Source: Octopus sinensis (lineage: Eukaryota). From it: a DNA stretch of 64,000 nt. Shown one piece after another: positions 40,279 through 53,490 of the stretch. A model generated the notes under the pieces. The model ran no database searches, had not been told where the DNA came from, and was given only the letters and a program-made list of their open reading frames with translations. Position numbers and translations under genes: made by a program. The first letter of the stretch is position 1. Every line of letters begins with the position of its first letter. Location: NCBI RefSeq assembly GCF_006345805.1, contig NC_042998.1, forward strand, positions 135,966,001 through 136,030,000. The letters run 5' to 3'.

Positions 40279-40379
40279 CATACATATATATATATACATT
40301 AATATATATTATACCATATATATATATATATATATAATACTATATATCTAATACATATATATATATATTAATACATATA

Positions 40380-40415
<36 letters not shown>

Positions 40416-40659
40416 CATACATATATAATATATATATACTACATATATATATATATTATACATATATATATATATACATACATATATATATATACATACA
40501 TATATATATATATATACATATATATATACATACATATATATATATATATATACATACATATATATATATATATATACATACATATATACATACATATATA
40601 TATATATTATACATACATATATACATACATATATATTATATATATCTACATCATACTAC

Positions 40660-40692
<33 letters not shown>

Positions 40693-40792
40693 CATACATA
40701 TATACAACATATATATATATATATATACATACATATATACATACATTATATATATATATACATACATATATACATACATATAATATATATAT

Positions 40793-40826
<34 letters not shown>

Positions 40827-40834
40827 CATACATA

Positions 40835-40868
<34 letters not shown>

Positions 40869-40976
40869 CATACATAATATATATATATACATATATATAT
40901 ATATACCACATATATATATAGATACATACTAATATATATATCACTACTATATATATATATATACATATATATTTAC

Positions 40977-41009
<33 letters not shown>

Positions 41010-41080
41010 ACATATATATATATATACATCTATATATATATACATATATATATATATACATATATATATAATATATATAC

Positions 41081-41165
<85 letters not shown>

Positions 41166-41183
41166 CATATATATTATATACAT

Positions 41184-41214
<31 letters not shown>

Positions 41215-41391
41215 CATATATATATATTATCCATATATTATATATATACATTATATATATTATACATATAATACATATTATATCTTATACATATATACAT
41301 ATCTATATATAATATACATATATCTAATATATATACATATATATATATATATATTATATATATACATATACATATATATATATACCTATAC

Positions 41392-41444
<53 letters not shown>

Positions 41445-41464
41445 CTAAAATATATATATACAAC

Positions 41465-41496
<32 letters not shown>

Positions 41497-41559
41497 CATA
41501 TATTATATTATACATATATATATATAACATATATATATATATACTATTTATATATATAC

Positions 41560-41592
<33 letters not shown>

Positions 41593-41825
41593 CATATCTA
41601 TATATAACAATATTATATATATATATACATCTATATATATATATATATACATATAATATATATTATATACATATATAAAAATATATATATAATATACATA
41701 TACATATATATATATACATAATATATATATATATATACATATATACATTATATATACATACTATATAATATATATATATATACATATATACATATATATA
41801 TATATACATATACATATATATAATA

Positions 41826-43205
41826 TGGCACCTGTGCCGGTGGCACATAAAGACACCATCCGAAGACCCGGCGACGTAGTCAGTCCACCTGTGCATACCT
41901 TCCCTCTTATGACACTTGTGAAGACCTGTTGAGGCAAGTGTGTGACACTTGTGAAGACCTGTTGAGGCAGAGGCAAGTGTGTGACACTTGTGGAGACCTG
42001 TTGAGGCAAGTGTGTGACCCTTGTGAAGACCTGTGAGGCAAGTGAAAATCAAACCAATCAAAATAGATGAATATCAATGGAATTTGTATCTTTGTGGTTC
42101 CAGTACCGGTGGCACACAAGAAACCATCCGAACGTGGCCGTCGACTGGCCTCCGTGATGTGGGCACAACAAACACCATCTGATCGTGGCCGTTCGCCAGC
42201 CTCACCTGGCACCTGTGTCGGTGGCACATAAAAACACCACCACCATCCAAAGACCCGGCGACGTAGTCAGTCCACCTGTGCTTACCTTCCCTCTTATGAC
42301 ACTTGTGAAGACCTGTTGAGGCAGAGGCAAGTGTGTGACACTTTGTGAAGACCTGTTGAGGCAGAGGCAAGTGTGTGACACTTGTGGAGACCTGTTGAGG
42401 CAAGTGTGTGACACGCGTGACACTTGTGAAGACCTGTTGAGGCAAGTGAAATCAAACCAAATCAAATAGATGAACATCAATGGAATTTGTATCTTTGTGG
42501 TTCCAGTACCGGTGGCACACAAGAAAAACCATCCGATCGTGGCCGTTCGCCAGCCACATCTGGCACCTGTGTCGGTGGCACATAAAGACACATCCGAAGA
42601 CCCGGCGACGTAGACAGTCCACCTATGCATACCTTCCTTCTTGAAAACTTGTGAAGACCTGTTGAGGCAAGTGAAAATCAAATCAAATCAAATCAAATCA
42701 AATCAAATCAAAACAAATCAAAATAGATGAACATAAATGAATTTGTATCTTTTGTGGTACCAGTGCCGGTGGCACACAAGAAATCACCGAACGTGGCCGT
42801 AGCCAGTACCGCATAGACTGGCCTCCGTGCTTTGGGGACTTAACAAACACATCCGATCGTGGCCGTCCGCCAGCCTCATCTGGCACCGTGTCGGTGGCAC
42901 ATAAAAACACCATCCGAGCGTGGCCGTCTGCCAGCCTCGTCTGGCACCTGTGTCGGTGGCACATAAAAACACCATCCGAGCGTGGCCGTTCGCCAGCCTC
43001 GTCTGGCACCTGTGTCGGTGGCACTAAAATCACCCACTACACTCTCGGAGTGGTTGGCGTTAGGAAGGGCATCCAGCTGTAGAAACACTGCCAGATCTGA
43101 CTGGCCTGGTGCAGCCTTCGGGCTCCCCAGACCCCAGTTGAACCGTCCAACCCATGCTAGCATGGAAAACGGACGCTAAATGATGATGATGATGATGATG
43201 ATGAT
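41826..43205 (+). mobile_element. RTE-tailed SINE with multi-level internal tandem repeats
   Basis: Three 320-381-bp units (starting 41826, 42207, 42561), ~61-62-bp units (42881, 42942, 43004), then the standard core and (TGA)n tail. Confidence 0.85.
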
Positions 43206-43777
43206 ACATATACATATATATATATATACATATACATATATATATATATACATATACATATAATATATATACATATATATATAATACATATACATATATA
43301 TATAGATACATATATATATATATTATACATATATATATATATATTACATATATATACATATATATACATATATATACATATATAGAATATATATAATATA
43401 CATATATATACATTATATACATATATATACATTATATATATAGATATAGATATATACATATATATAATACATATATATATATACATATATATATACATAT
43501 ATATATATACATATATATATACATATATTATATATACATATAATAATCATATATATATACATATATATATACATATATATATATACATATATATATATAT
43601 AGATATATATACACATATATATTACATTATATATACATATATATATATACAGATATATATATACATATATATATACCATATATATATACATATATATATA
43701 ACAATAATTATAACATATAATATGTATATATATATATAATATATGTATATATATATAATATATATATGTATATAACA

Positions 43778-43810
<33 letters not shown>

Positions 43811-43999
43811 TACATATATATATACATAGTATATATATATATATACAAATATATATTATATATACCTATATATATATATACATTATATATATATATACAT
43901 ATATATAATATACATATATATATATTATACATATATATATATATACTATATATAGAATATATACATATATATATATACATATATATATATAATATATAC

Positions 44000-44032
<33 letters not shown>

Positions 44033-44045
44033 CATATATATATAC

Positions 44046-44080
<35 letters not shown>

Positions 44081-44122
44081 CATATATATACATATATATA
44101 TATATACATATTATATACATAC

Positions 44123-44169
<47 letters not shown>

Positions 44170-44224
44170 CATACATATATATATACTACATATATATATA
44201 TACATACATATATATATTACATAC

Positions 44225-44255
<31 letters not shown>

Positions 44256-44282
44256 CATATATATATTACTATATATATATAC

Positions 44283-44313
<31 letters not shown>

Positions 44314-44351
44314 CATATATATATACTATATATATATACATATATACATAC

Positions 44352-44600
44352 CCGCTCTCTTCAACATTACACCAGGACACGTCAAAAAAGAACTGACCAC
44401 ACAAATTCAAGAAGTCTTGGACAAATTCCTTCAACAGTACCGGACAAAAACCACCCACACCGGATATGTCTCCGCAAACAATAACTCTCTGCTCGAATGG
44501 GCCTTGGTGCCCAAATCCTGAACTGAAAGACTTCGCCAGGTGGTGCTATTAAGTTAGACATGGCCTGGGCCAATACTGGCCAAAAACCTTTCTAATTATT
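44352..44600 (+). mobile_element. CR1-like LINE 3' end (young)
   Basis: [38 protein letters not shown]; 3' UTR shared with 34795-34990. Confidence 0.75.
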
Positions 44601-45429
44601 CTAAGTTATATACATATATATATATACATATATACATATATACATATATATATATACATATATATATATACATATATATATATACATGTATATACATATA
44701 TATACATACATGTATATACACATATATACATATATATATACATGTATATACATATATATATATACATGTAATATACATATATACATATAATATATATACA
44801 TGTATATACATTATATATATACATGTATAACATATATATATATACATGTATATACATATATATAATACATGTATATACATATATATATATACATGTATAT
44901 ACATATATACATATATATATATACATGTATATACATATATATATATACATGTATATACATATATATACATATATATATATACATGTATATACATATATAT
45001 ATATACATGTATATACATATATATACATATATATATATACATGTATATACATATATATACATATATATATACATGTATATACATATATATATATACATGT
45101 ATATACATACATATACATATATATATATATATACATATATATACATATATATATATATACATATATATATATACATGTATATACATACATATACATATAT
45201 ATATATACATGTATATACATACATATACATATATATATATATACATGTATATACATATATATATATATACATGTATATACATATATATATATATACATAT
45301 ATATACATATATATTATACATATATATCATATATATATATACATATATATACATATATATATATACATATATTATATATATACATATATATACATATATA
45401 TATATACATATATACATATATATATATAC

Positions 45430-45460
<31 letters not shown>

Positions 45461-45509
45461 CATATATATACATATATATATATATACATATATATACATT
45501 ATATACATA

Positions 45510-45561
<52 letters not shown>

Positions 45562-45606
45562 TATTATATATATATATATACACATATATACATATATATA
45601 TATATA

Positions 45607-45640
<34 letters not shown>

Positions 45641-45763
45641 TATACATATATATATATACATATATATACATAATATATATACCATAATATATATATATTT
45701 ATATTATACATATATAATATATATACATATATATACATATATATATATATATACATATATATC

Positions 45764-45810
<47 letters not shown>

Positions 45811-45892
45811 CATATATACATATATATATATATACATATTATACAATTGAGGTAAATTAATTAATTAATTAATCAATTAATTAATTAAGGGC

Positions 45893-45953
45893 ATTCTGAG
45901 CTGATGAGAGAAGGGTCGATTTTGACTAATCTTGAAACGTACGTACTCAAATA
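45893..45953 (+). ncRNA. type I hammerhead ribozyme, copy 1
   Basis: UGAG-CUGAUGA(45901-45907)-GAGA..GUC GAUUUU GAC..UCUU-GAAA(45934-45937)-C GUAC GU A-CUCA. All core nucleotides present; predicted cleavage after A45945. Confidence 0.88.
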
Positions 45954-46448
45954 ACTTTGCATTTGATTTTTAATGTCTCTACCCCCCCAACTTCCTTGAG
46001 TTGAATTGAGCAAACACTATATGAGAGAGGTTTTCTTTAAGTGTTAGAAATAGTTTTATAAAAAGTTTTTTTTAGCTGCTATTTCTAACGAGTTCAGTAT
46101 GCGGCAAAGTAATTTATTTTACTAAGCCCTTTATATATGTAATAATTTGAATTCGCCTTAAATGGTCCCTTTGCATACTGAATACTTGGTGAATTGATTA
46201 ATTAATTAATTAATTTTACCCTCAATTGTTGAAATTATAATTCATCTCTCTCTACTTATGTCTCGGATTTTACCGAAAAAAACATAGTGTTTGCTGATTT
46301 TAACCCACGCTGGTGAAAGGGGAGAGCAGAAATTCTTCGCTTGCATATTTGAGTTTGTTGGCACTGTTAGTTTGAGCAGATCTTCAGAAGCGATAACAAG
46401 CCGAAAGGGTATGCTCCCATTTTCAGTGTTTTCAGATTCAAACAAGGC

Positions 46449-46509
46449 ATTCTGAGCTGATGAGAGAAGGGTCGATTTTGACTAATCTTGAAACGTACGT
46501 ACTCAAATA
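46449..46509 (+). ncRNA. type I hammerhead ribozyme, copy 2
   Basis: Core and stems identical to copy 1, 556 nt downstream; CUGAUGA at 46457-46463; predicted cleavage after A46501. Confidence 0.88.
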
Positions 46510-46894
46510 ACCTTTGCATTTGATTTTTAATGTCTCTACCCCCATACTTCCTTGAGTTGAATTGAGCAAACACTATATGAGAGAGGTTTTCTTTAAGTGT
46601 TAGAAATAGTTTTATAAAAGTTTTTTTAGCTGCTATTTCTAATGAGTTCAGTATGCGGCAAAGTAATTTATTTTACTAAGCCTTTTATATAATATACATA
46701 TATATATATACATATATACATATATATATATATAACTATATATATATATACAATATATATAATATACATATATATATATACATATATATATATACATTAT
46801 AATATATATATATATATACACATATATATATATATATATACATATATATATAATATACATATATATATATATTATACATTATATATATATATAC

Positions 46895-46925
<31 letters not shown>

Positions 46926-46976
46926 CATATATATATATACATACATATATATAATATACATATATATTATACATAC

Positions 46977-47046
<70 letters not shown>

Positions 47047-47055
47047 TATATACAT

Positions 47056-47089
<34 letters not shown>

Positions 47090-47475
47090 ATATACATATA
47101 CATATATACATATACATATATATATATACATATACATACATATACATATATATATACATATACATACATATACATATATATATACATATACATACATATA
47201 CATATATATATACATATACATATATACATATATATATATATAATATATCATATATATACATATACATATATATACATATACATATATACATATACATATA
47301 TATATATACATACATATACATATATATATATATACATATACATACATATACATATATATATACATATACATATATACATATATATATATATACATATACA
47401 TATATATATATATATACATATACATATACATATATATATATATGCATATATATACATATACATATATATTTATAT

Positions 47476-47526
<51 letters not shown>

Positions 47527-47639
47527 TACATGCATGCACACACACACACACATATATCTCTATATATATGTTGTTGCATTGTGCTAGCAACAGTAGCAAT
47601 GCTCTCTCTCATTTCAATGATCATAACTGAAAATATCAT

Positions 47640-47815
47640 GTAGCACAGGTGTACATGCGGCTGTGTGGGTTAATAAGTTTGTTTCACAAACATATAGTTT
47701 TCGCTTCAGTTCCACTGCACAGTACCTTGGGCAAATGCATTCTACTGTAGCCAAAGGCCTACAAAAACCCTGAGCATGGATTTCATAGATGGAAAGAAAG
47801 AAGCCCATCATATAT
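47640..47815 (+). mobile_element. CORE/OR-like SINE (diverged)
   Basis: Head and core similar to other copies. Confidence 0.7.
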
Positions 47816-49109
47816 ATATATATATATATAAGTGTAGGTCGTATACGAGTGGGTATATATTTATAAAAACGAAGTTTTAAAATGCCACTATATAAGATAA
47901 ATTTTAATTTTCTTAAAAATTTTACATGTTTTGGATTTCTTGAAAAAACGAACCTTATCAAAAATATTTTAAAAAGTTAAGTGTAATAAAAAAAGTTCAT
48001 AATTGTTTCTTACTGGTCTCAACAGAATCCACGTGGTGGTTTTTTGTGGGGAGTAAGCATAATAACTGTCTTATGTGTTCGAATAGAACTAAGGTAATGG
48101 TCAGTGGCTGAAATGGCAGTAGCAGCAGTGACTGCATATATATATGCATATATATATATATATATATGCATATAGACAAACAGAGGGGGGTGCATGTGTG
48201 TGTGTACTTTACCTTTTATCCATTTGTGGTTGATAAAAAAGGTACCAATCCAGAGCAGTGGATTAATGGAATTATCTTTGCATACTGGGTTCAAATACTG
48301 TTATGGTCTACTTGGACAAGATACTTTTAACATTAATTTAACAACACCACCTGGCACTTGTTTGTATATCAAGGACTATATTACCAATATGGCCTTTCTT
48401 GTTTTAAGAAGGCCACGCTATGATATGATGGAAATTTAGCTTCTAGTTTCTAGTAGTTTGAGCAACTGTATAGAACCTACTCCCAGAAAGGTATGCAGCA
48501 GATAGTTTTCCAATTCTTTTCTCCTGTAAATATGAACTGTCTTACCTATACAAGAATCATAATTTATGCTTTGGTTGCAATAAAGTATCATACATAAAAG
48601 TTGGTTAATGTTTCTTTAAGCTGTTTCGGTTTGTGAATTTTGTATGTAAGATAAGTTCTTAATAACACAAGGAATTTTAAGTAAGATTAGTTCTCACTCA
48701 GTGTTTTATAATACATTTATTTTGCTACAACACTGAAATATAAGAGAAGTCATTATGTCAGTAAATAAAATGAAGTAATGTAGGGTGTTATTATGAGTAA
48801 AGGCAGCATCTCTCTCTCTCTCTCTCTCTCTCAATTTCCTTTGCTTCAACTCAAAAGTCTACTCTTAAGAAGTGAGAATCACTCTCATTACTTACCAAAA
48901 TAAAAAGTAGTGCAGCTGCATTTCAGGCTTCAAAAGTAAAGGCATTTATTGACCAGTTCAATAGCCTGCTGCCATAAATACATACATACATAGCAACACA
49001 AATATTGTTACGTTATATACATATATATATACACATAGTATACTGATCAAACAGAAGTGAATGTATACATCAAATGTAAGACATAAGGCTAAAAGTATAT
49101 ATATATTCT

Positions 49110-49515
49110 TTTATTCTTTTTATTTTATTTTATTTATTTCAGTCATTTGACTGTGGCCATGCTGGAGCACTACTTTTAGTCGAACAAATCGACCCCAGGA
49201 TTTATTCTTTGTAAGCCTAGAACTTATTCTAGTGCTCCATTTTGCTGAACTGCTAAGTTACAGGGTCATAAACACACCAACATCGGTTATCAAACGATGG
49301 TGGGGAGACAAACACACATACACACAAACATATAGATGCACGCACACACATATATACAACGGGTTACTTTCAGTTTCTGTCTATCAGAATTCACTCACAA
49401 GGATTTTGTCGGCACGAGGCTATATAGCAGAAGACACTCGCACAAGGTGCCACTCAGTGGTATTGAACCAGGAACCATGTGGCTGGTAAGCAAGCTACTT
49501 ACCACACAGCCACAC
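49110..49515 (-). mobile_element. near full-length CORE/OR-like SINE
   Basis: Reverse complement carries the A box (TGTGGTAAG), B box (GGTTCAATACC), core, internal (TG)-rich tract and (TAAAA)-like tail. Confidence 0.9.
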
Positions 49516-49524
49516 CAGTGTCTA

Positions 49525-49571
<47 letters not shown>

Positions 49572-50054
49572 ATACACATATGTACATACATATATATATA
49601 TAAGTAACTCATTTATAACTGTATATTACCTCAATACATCTGACTAATATGAGCATAATGAGATACTCTTATCTACAGGCTGAAACAGCTGTAAGATCCA
49701 TTTTATATTTATATGTATTGTTCTTATGGTATTATCTTACTTATTGATGTGTACTGTTTTATTCTGTATTATTCTGTTTGATTTGGATGTTCCTAAATAA
49801 TTAGTTAATAAATTATATGAATTGGTATTATCTAGTAGTTGATGATTGAAAGAAATCTATTCCTCCATTTTCTTATTTTGTATTATGAATTTGAGGTAAA
49901 ACATTTTACCTTCGCCCATATAATACAATAAGTGAATTAATTGCATTTCAATTCTTAGCATTTATGTATTAGCCTTTCTGGGTACTTCACTGGCAGAATA
50001 TTGGATAAATGATATCCCATAGTGGGTTACACTCATAACCCCTATCTCACTTTG

Positions 50055-50092
<38 letters not shown>

Positions 50093-50243
50093 TTTTGGTA
50101 TGGTAGATGGGTTCAGCAAAAATTTAGATTCAGATGAATATGGTACTTAAGTTGAGGCACCAGGATTTAGTACAGTATTATCCATGCAATTTCAAAGTAA
50201 GGTGATTAAAATCAAAATAAGCAACAAGGATATCCAGAGGTAA

Positions 50244-50330
50244 TGCAGTATGATCGTTTCATGCAACTCTATTTAATAGAACAATGCAAACATTACATCA
50301 ATTTAAAATGCAGAGCAATCTTCAGCTGCA
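50244..50330 (-). ncRNA. degenerate type I hammerhead in an unclassified repeat
   Basis: UGCAG-CUGAAGA-(long stem II)-GAAAC GAUC AUA-CUGCA. Stem I is perfect; stem III is one transition away from the palindrome ACGAUCGU. Confidence 0.6.
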
Positions 50331-51050
50331 CAAAGACATAGAATTTAATTAAATTAGAACATATGGACACATTAGTATAATTATACCTAAAATCTCCAAG
50401 AAGTTAAGGAGAAAGATAAAGAACATGTTGTTCTTACTCCAGCATAGAAGTTACTAAGCTTTTCAAGAAGATATACATTGTTACAGACTCTGCCTGTCAC
50501 TGATTTTTGTTTTTATGGGGTCAGTTTTAATTTATAGACTAATTTATCAAATCCCTTATATATCTAAGGCTGAGAGAACAGAGGGCAGTATCTGTTAGGG
50601 GTTGGGCTGAGGGAGCAGACAGACACCATAGTTGGTATAGTCATAAAAACCAAGATTTATTAGAAGCAATATCATGAAGGTTGGTAAAGGAAAACTGAAA
50701 ACAAGATATTAGCTGACAATTAAGGGGGTCACCCACTAGCAGACCGTTGATAATGAAACAGGAAGTCTCATAATGTAGTACTATAGTTAAATATTTTAAA
50801 CAATGTTGCTATATTGTATACAGTTAAAGTTTAGGATTATTCAGAGGATTATTAAGAAGAATATTATAACAAAAGGATAGTTGAATGGTGGCCGTGGTTG
50901 AAGCCAATGGTGATTTTATTGAATAAATTTATTCTTTAGTATTTCAAGATATTTTTATGTAATTTTGGTAAATGTATCTGTTTAAATGAGATGTCAGTGT
51001 TATTTTCATTTTTGCATAATTTAGATGACAATTTATTCACTGCACCCTGT

Positions 51051-51094
<44 letters not shown>

Positions 51095-53092
51095 ATAAAT
51101 ACACATACATGTATACATATACATACGTACTTATGTATGTTATATGCGCATGTGTGTATATGTATGTGTGTGTAGGTATGTTCATACATATGTATGTATG
51201 TTTGTGTAGACTAATTCTTAGTCATAGCTTTAAGATGATGATGTAATGTTATGCTATATTTAACTAACATGGTCTGGTATTATTGAGTCTAGGACAAGAT
51301 GTGGTATGACAAAACAAAAATATTGATTCTTTTTGACTCATAACAAGCTCAACTGTAGAGGTGGGATAGTTGATGGAAATGTCCCACTACAATACAGGTA
51401 CTTACTTAATCAATCTCATTGGAATAATAGGCAATATTGCCATCATATAACACACCTGAGATAAATTTAAGGCTATGCTAAATATTGGCTACAGACTCAC
51501 ATGTCTTCTGCTAAGTTTTAGAACTAGCAAATGTGACATTGTACTATATCATCATCATCATCACCATTATCATCATTATCATCACCATTACCATCATTAT
51601 CATCACCATTACCATCATACAAGGCTATAGCAGAAAACACTTGCCCAAGATGTGGCACAGTGGGATGGAACTTGAAACATGTGGGGGAGCAAACATCTTA
51701 CAAACCTGTAATAAGTATATATGAAGTTATATAGCATTGTTAACAATAGTTAATCATGGTGAGTAGTGAGAACACTATAAAACACACTGATGTGTGTTGT
51801 TAATAGTCAGTACTGATTTCAACTAGTCCCATCAATATCAGCTAAGAGAAGGAATGCTTTCTGTCAGACAAACCCACTCAAAATAGTCCAAGTTTGTTCT
51901 GAGTGAACAAGCTGAGTACACTCAATATTTGTTTTAAGATTGCATTTCCATCATTTGAGTGCTTTGCTTTATCCAACATACTCGTATTTCTACATTAAAA
52001 AAAAAAAACTGGTGTGAGTCTTCTATTAAAGAGATTTGGAAACGTTATCTAGTAAGTCAAGTGACCACATACAAGCTCTCTCTTTAGTTCATGCAGGATG
52101 TCTTTCAAAACTGTTTTAATGAGCCACTGTGGACAATTCTGACATGCTAAACAGAGGTCAGGGGTAATAAGCTACTAGAATACACAACTGACCTGTGAAG
52201 CAAGGGGCTAATATCAACAGAAACCAGAAATAACATTCTAAACAGGGAACCAGTGACAATTTATCTCACATTACATATGTCAAAGAGATTTCAGTGTCAA
52301 CAAGCCATTGCAACCAAAAATTTACATGTAAAGCAAGGGGTTTAGGTTAAGGTAATGTCCAAAACACATGTTTAAAAAGGGACCAGTAACCCACAAATAA
52401 ATGTTGTACAAGGGACCAGCATCAACGTAGAGATATGTTAAACTGGGGAACAGCCTCAATGTAACCCGCAAGAGACATGTTAAAGAAGGGCCAAGTGTCA
52501 ATGTAAACGGGCCAGCATCAATGCGACCCACAACAGACATGTTGAGCAGTGGTGGTGTCAATGTTATTATCAACAAGTCAGACTAACCTAATTAAATTTC
52601 GACGAACAATTCAGAAACTGAAGAGTAAAAAAAATTTTTAGTTGTACTGTAAACATTTCTGGGGCAACAATCAACGAAAAAGGACATAATTTTATTTACT
52701 GCTTCCTTTTAAAAAATACGACATACGACAACCACCACCACTGCTACTATTATATAAAAAGTATGAGAACAATGAGAGAAACAAACAAACAATAGAATCA
52801 CTTCTTGTATGGCATGATATAAAAACATCAACTATATTAAATAATATGAAAAAGTTCAAACAAATACACACCCAAAAGCTGGACGTGGGAAAAGAGAGAA
52901 AAAATACAGGAAAATGAGTGTAATACGGTGATTCACTTACCATGTCGTCTGTTTTGCACGTTTCTGACAACATTCTATAAACTTTAAGATTGTAGCACAA
53001 CTAAAAAATATACATCCTATAACCTCAACACCGTTGAAATGTTTGAAAAGCGTAACCTCCCACAGATAAACATACACATACAGATAAACACT

Positions 53093-53124
<32 letters not shown>

Positions 53125-53269
53125 CTAACTCTCTTACACACACACACACACACACATATATGAAAGAAAAATTGTTTACAATAATTGAGCAGCTGATGAG
53201 TAAGTAAAACTGTTGTTGCCTTAATAACACAAATGCACACACACTCTATCTATCTAACTACATACACAT

Positions 53270-53279
53270 ATGTATATAA

Positions 53280-53310
<31 letters not shown>

Positions 53311-53380
53311 GGTAGGTAGGTAGGTAGGTAGGTAGGTAGGTAGGTAGGTAGGTAGGTAGGTAGGTAGGTAGGTAGGTAGG

Positions 53381-53460
<80 letters not shown>

Positions 53461-53490
53461 TAGATAGACATACATATCTTTATATCTATC
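53270..53490. repeat. (ATGT)n-(AGGT)n-(AGAT)n tetranucleotide run
   Basis: Seen directly. Confidence 0.97.

Larger units (their letters stand above)
45843..46690 (+). mobile_element. hammerhead-bearing non-autonomous retroelement (retrozyme- or Penelope pLTR-like)
   Basis: Direct repeats at 45890-46136 and 46446-46690 (only a few differences), each with a hammerhead. 310-bp non-coding middle. A 5' segment is an inverted copy of 46191-46229. Confidence 0.8.
39935..47560. repeat. ~7.6-kb (TA)n/(TATACA)n array hosting three inserted elements
   Basis: Seen directly. Islands at 41826-43205, 44352-44600 and 45843-46690; ends in (GATA)n. Confidence 0.95.

Noticed and set aside
42430-42455. CTGTTGAGGCAAGTGAAA as a hammerhead core
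   Set aside because: Non-canonical box and no stem II or stem I pairing.
41907-43163. ORFs of 80-160 aa with repeated LCATDTGAR / CLNRSSQV motifs
   Set aside because: Antisense translations of SINE-internal tandem repeats.
46242-46573. Two ~68-aa minus-strand ORFs within the hammerhead element
   Set aside because: Short, antisense to the ribozymes and without a convincing RT or endonuclease motif.
48000-48040. Minus-strand CTGTTGAG…GAAAC hammerhead-like string
   Set aside because: Core is mutated and stem II does not pair; too weak to call.
48546-48733. Minus-strand segment with strong acceptor and donor
   Set aside because: Stops in all three frames and very AT-rich; could only be a UTR exon, which is unsupported.
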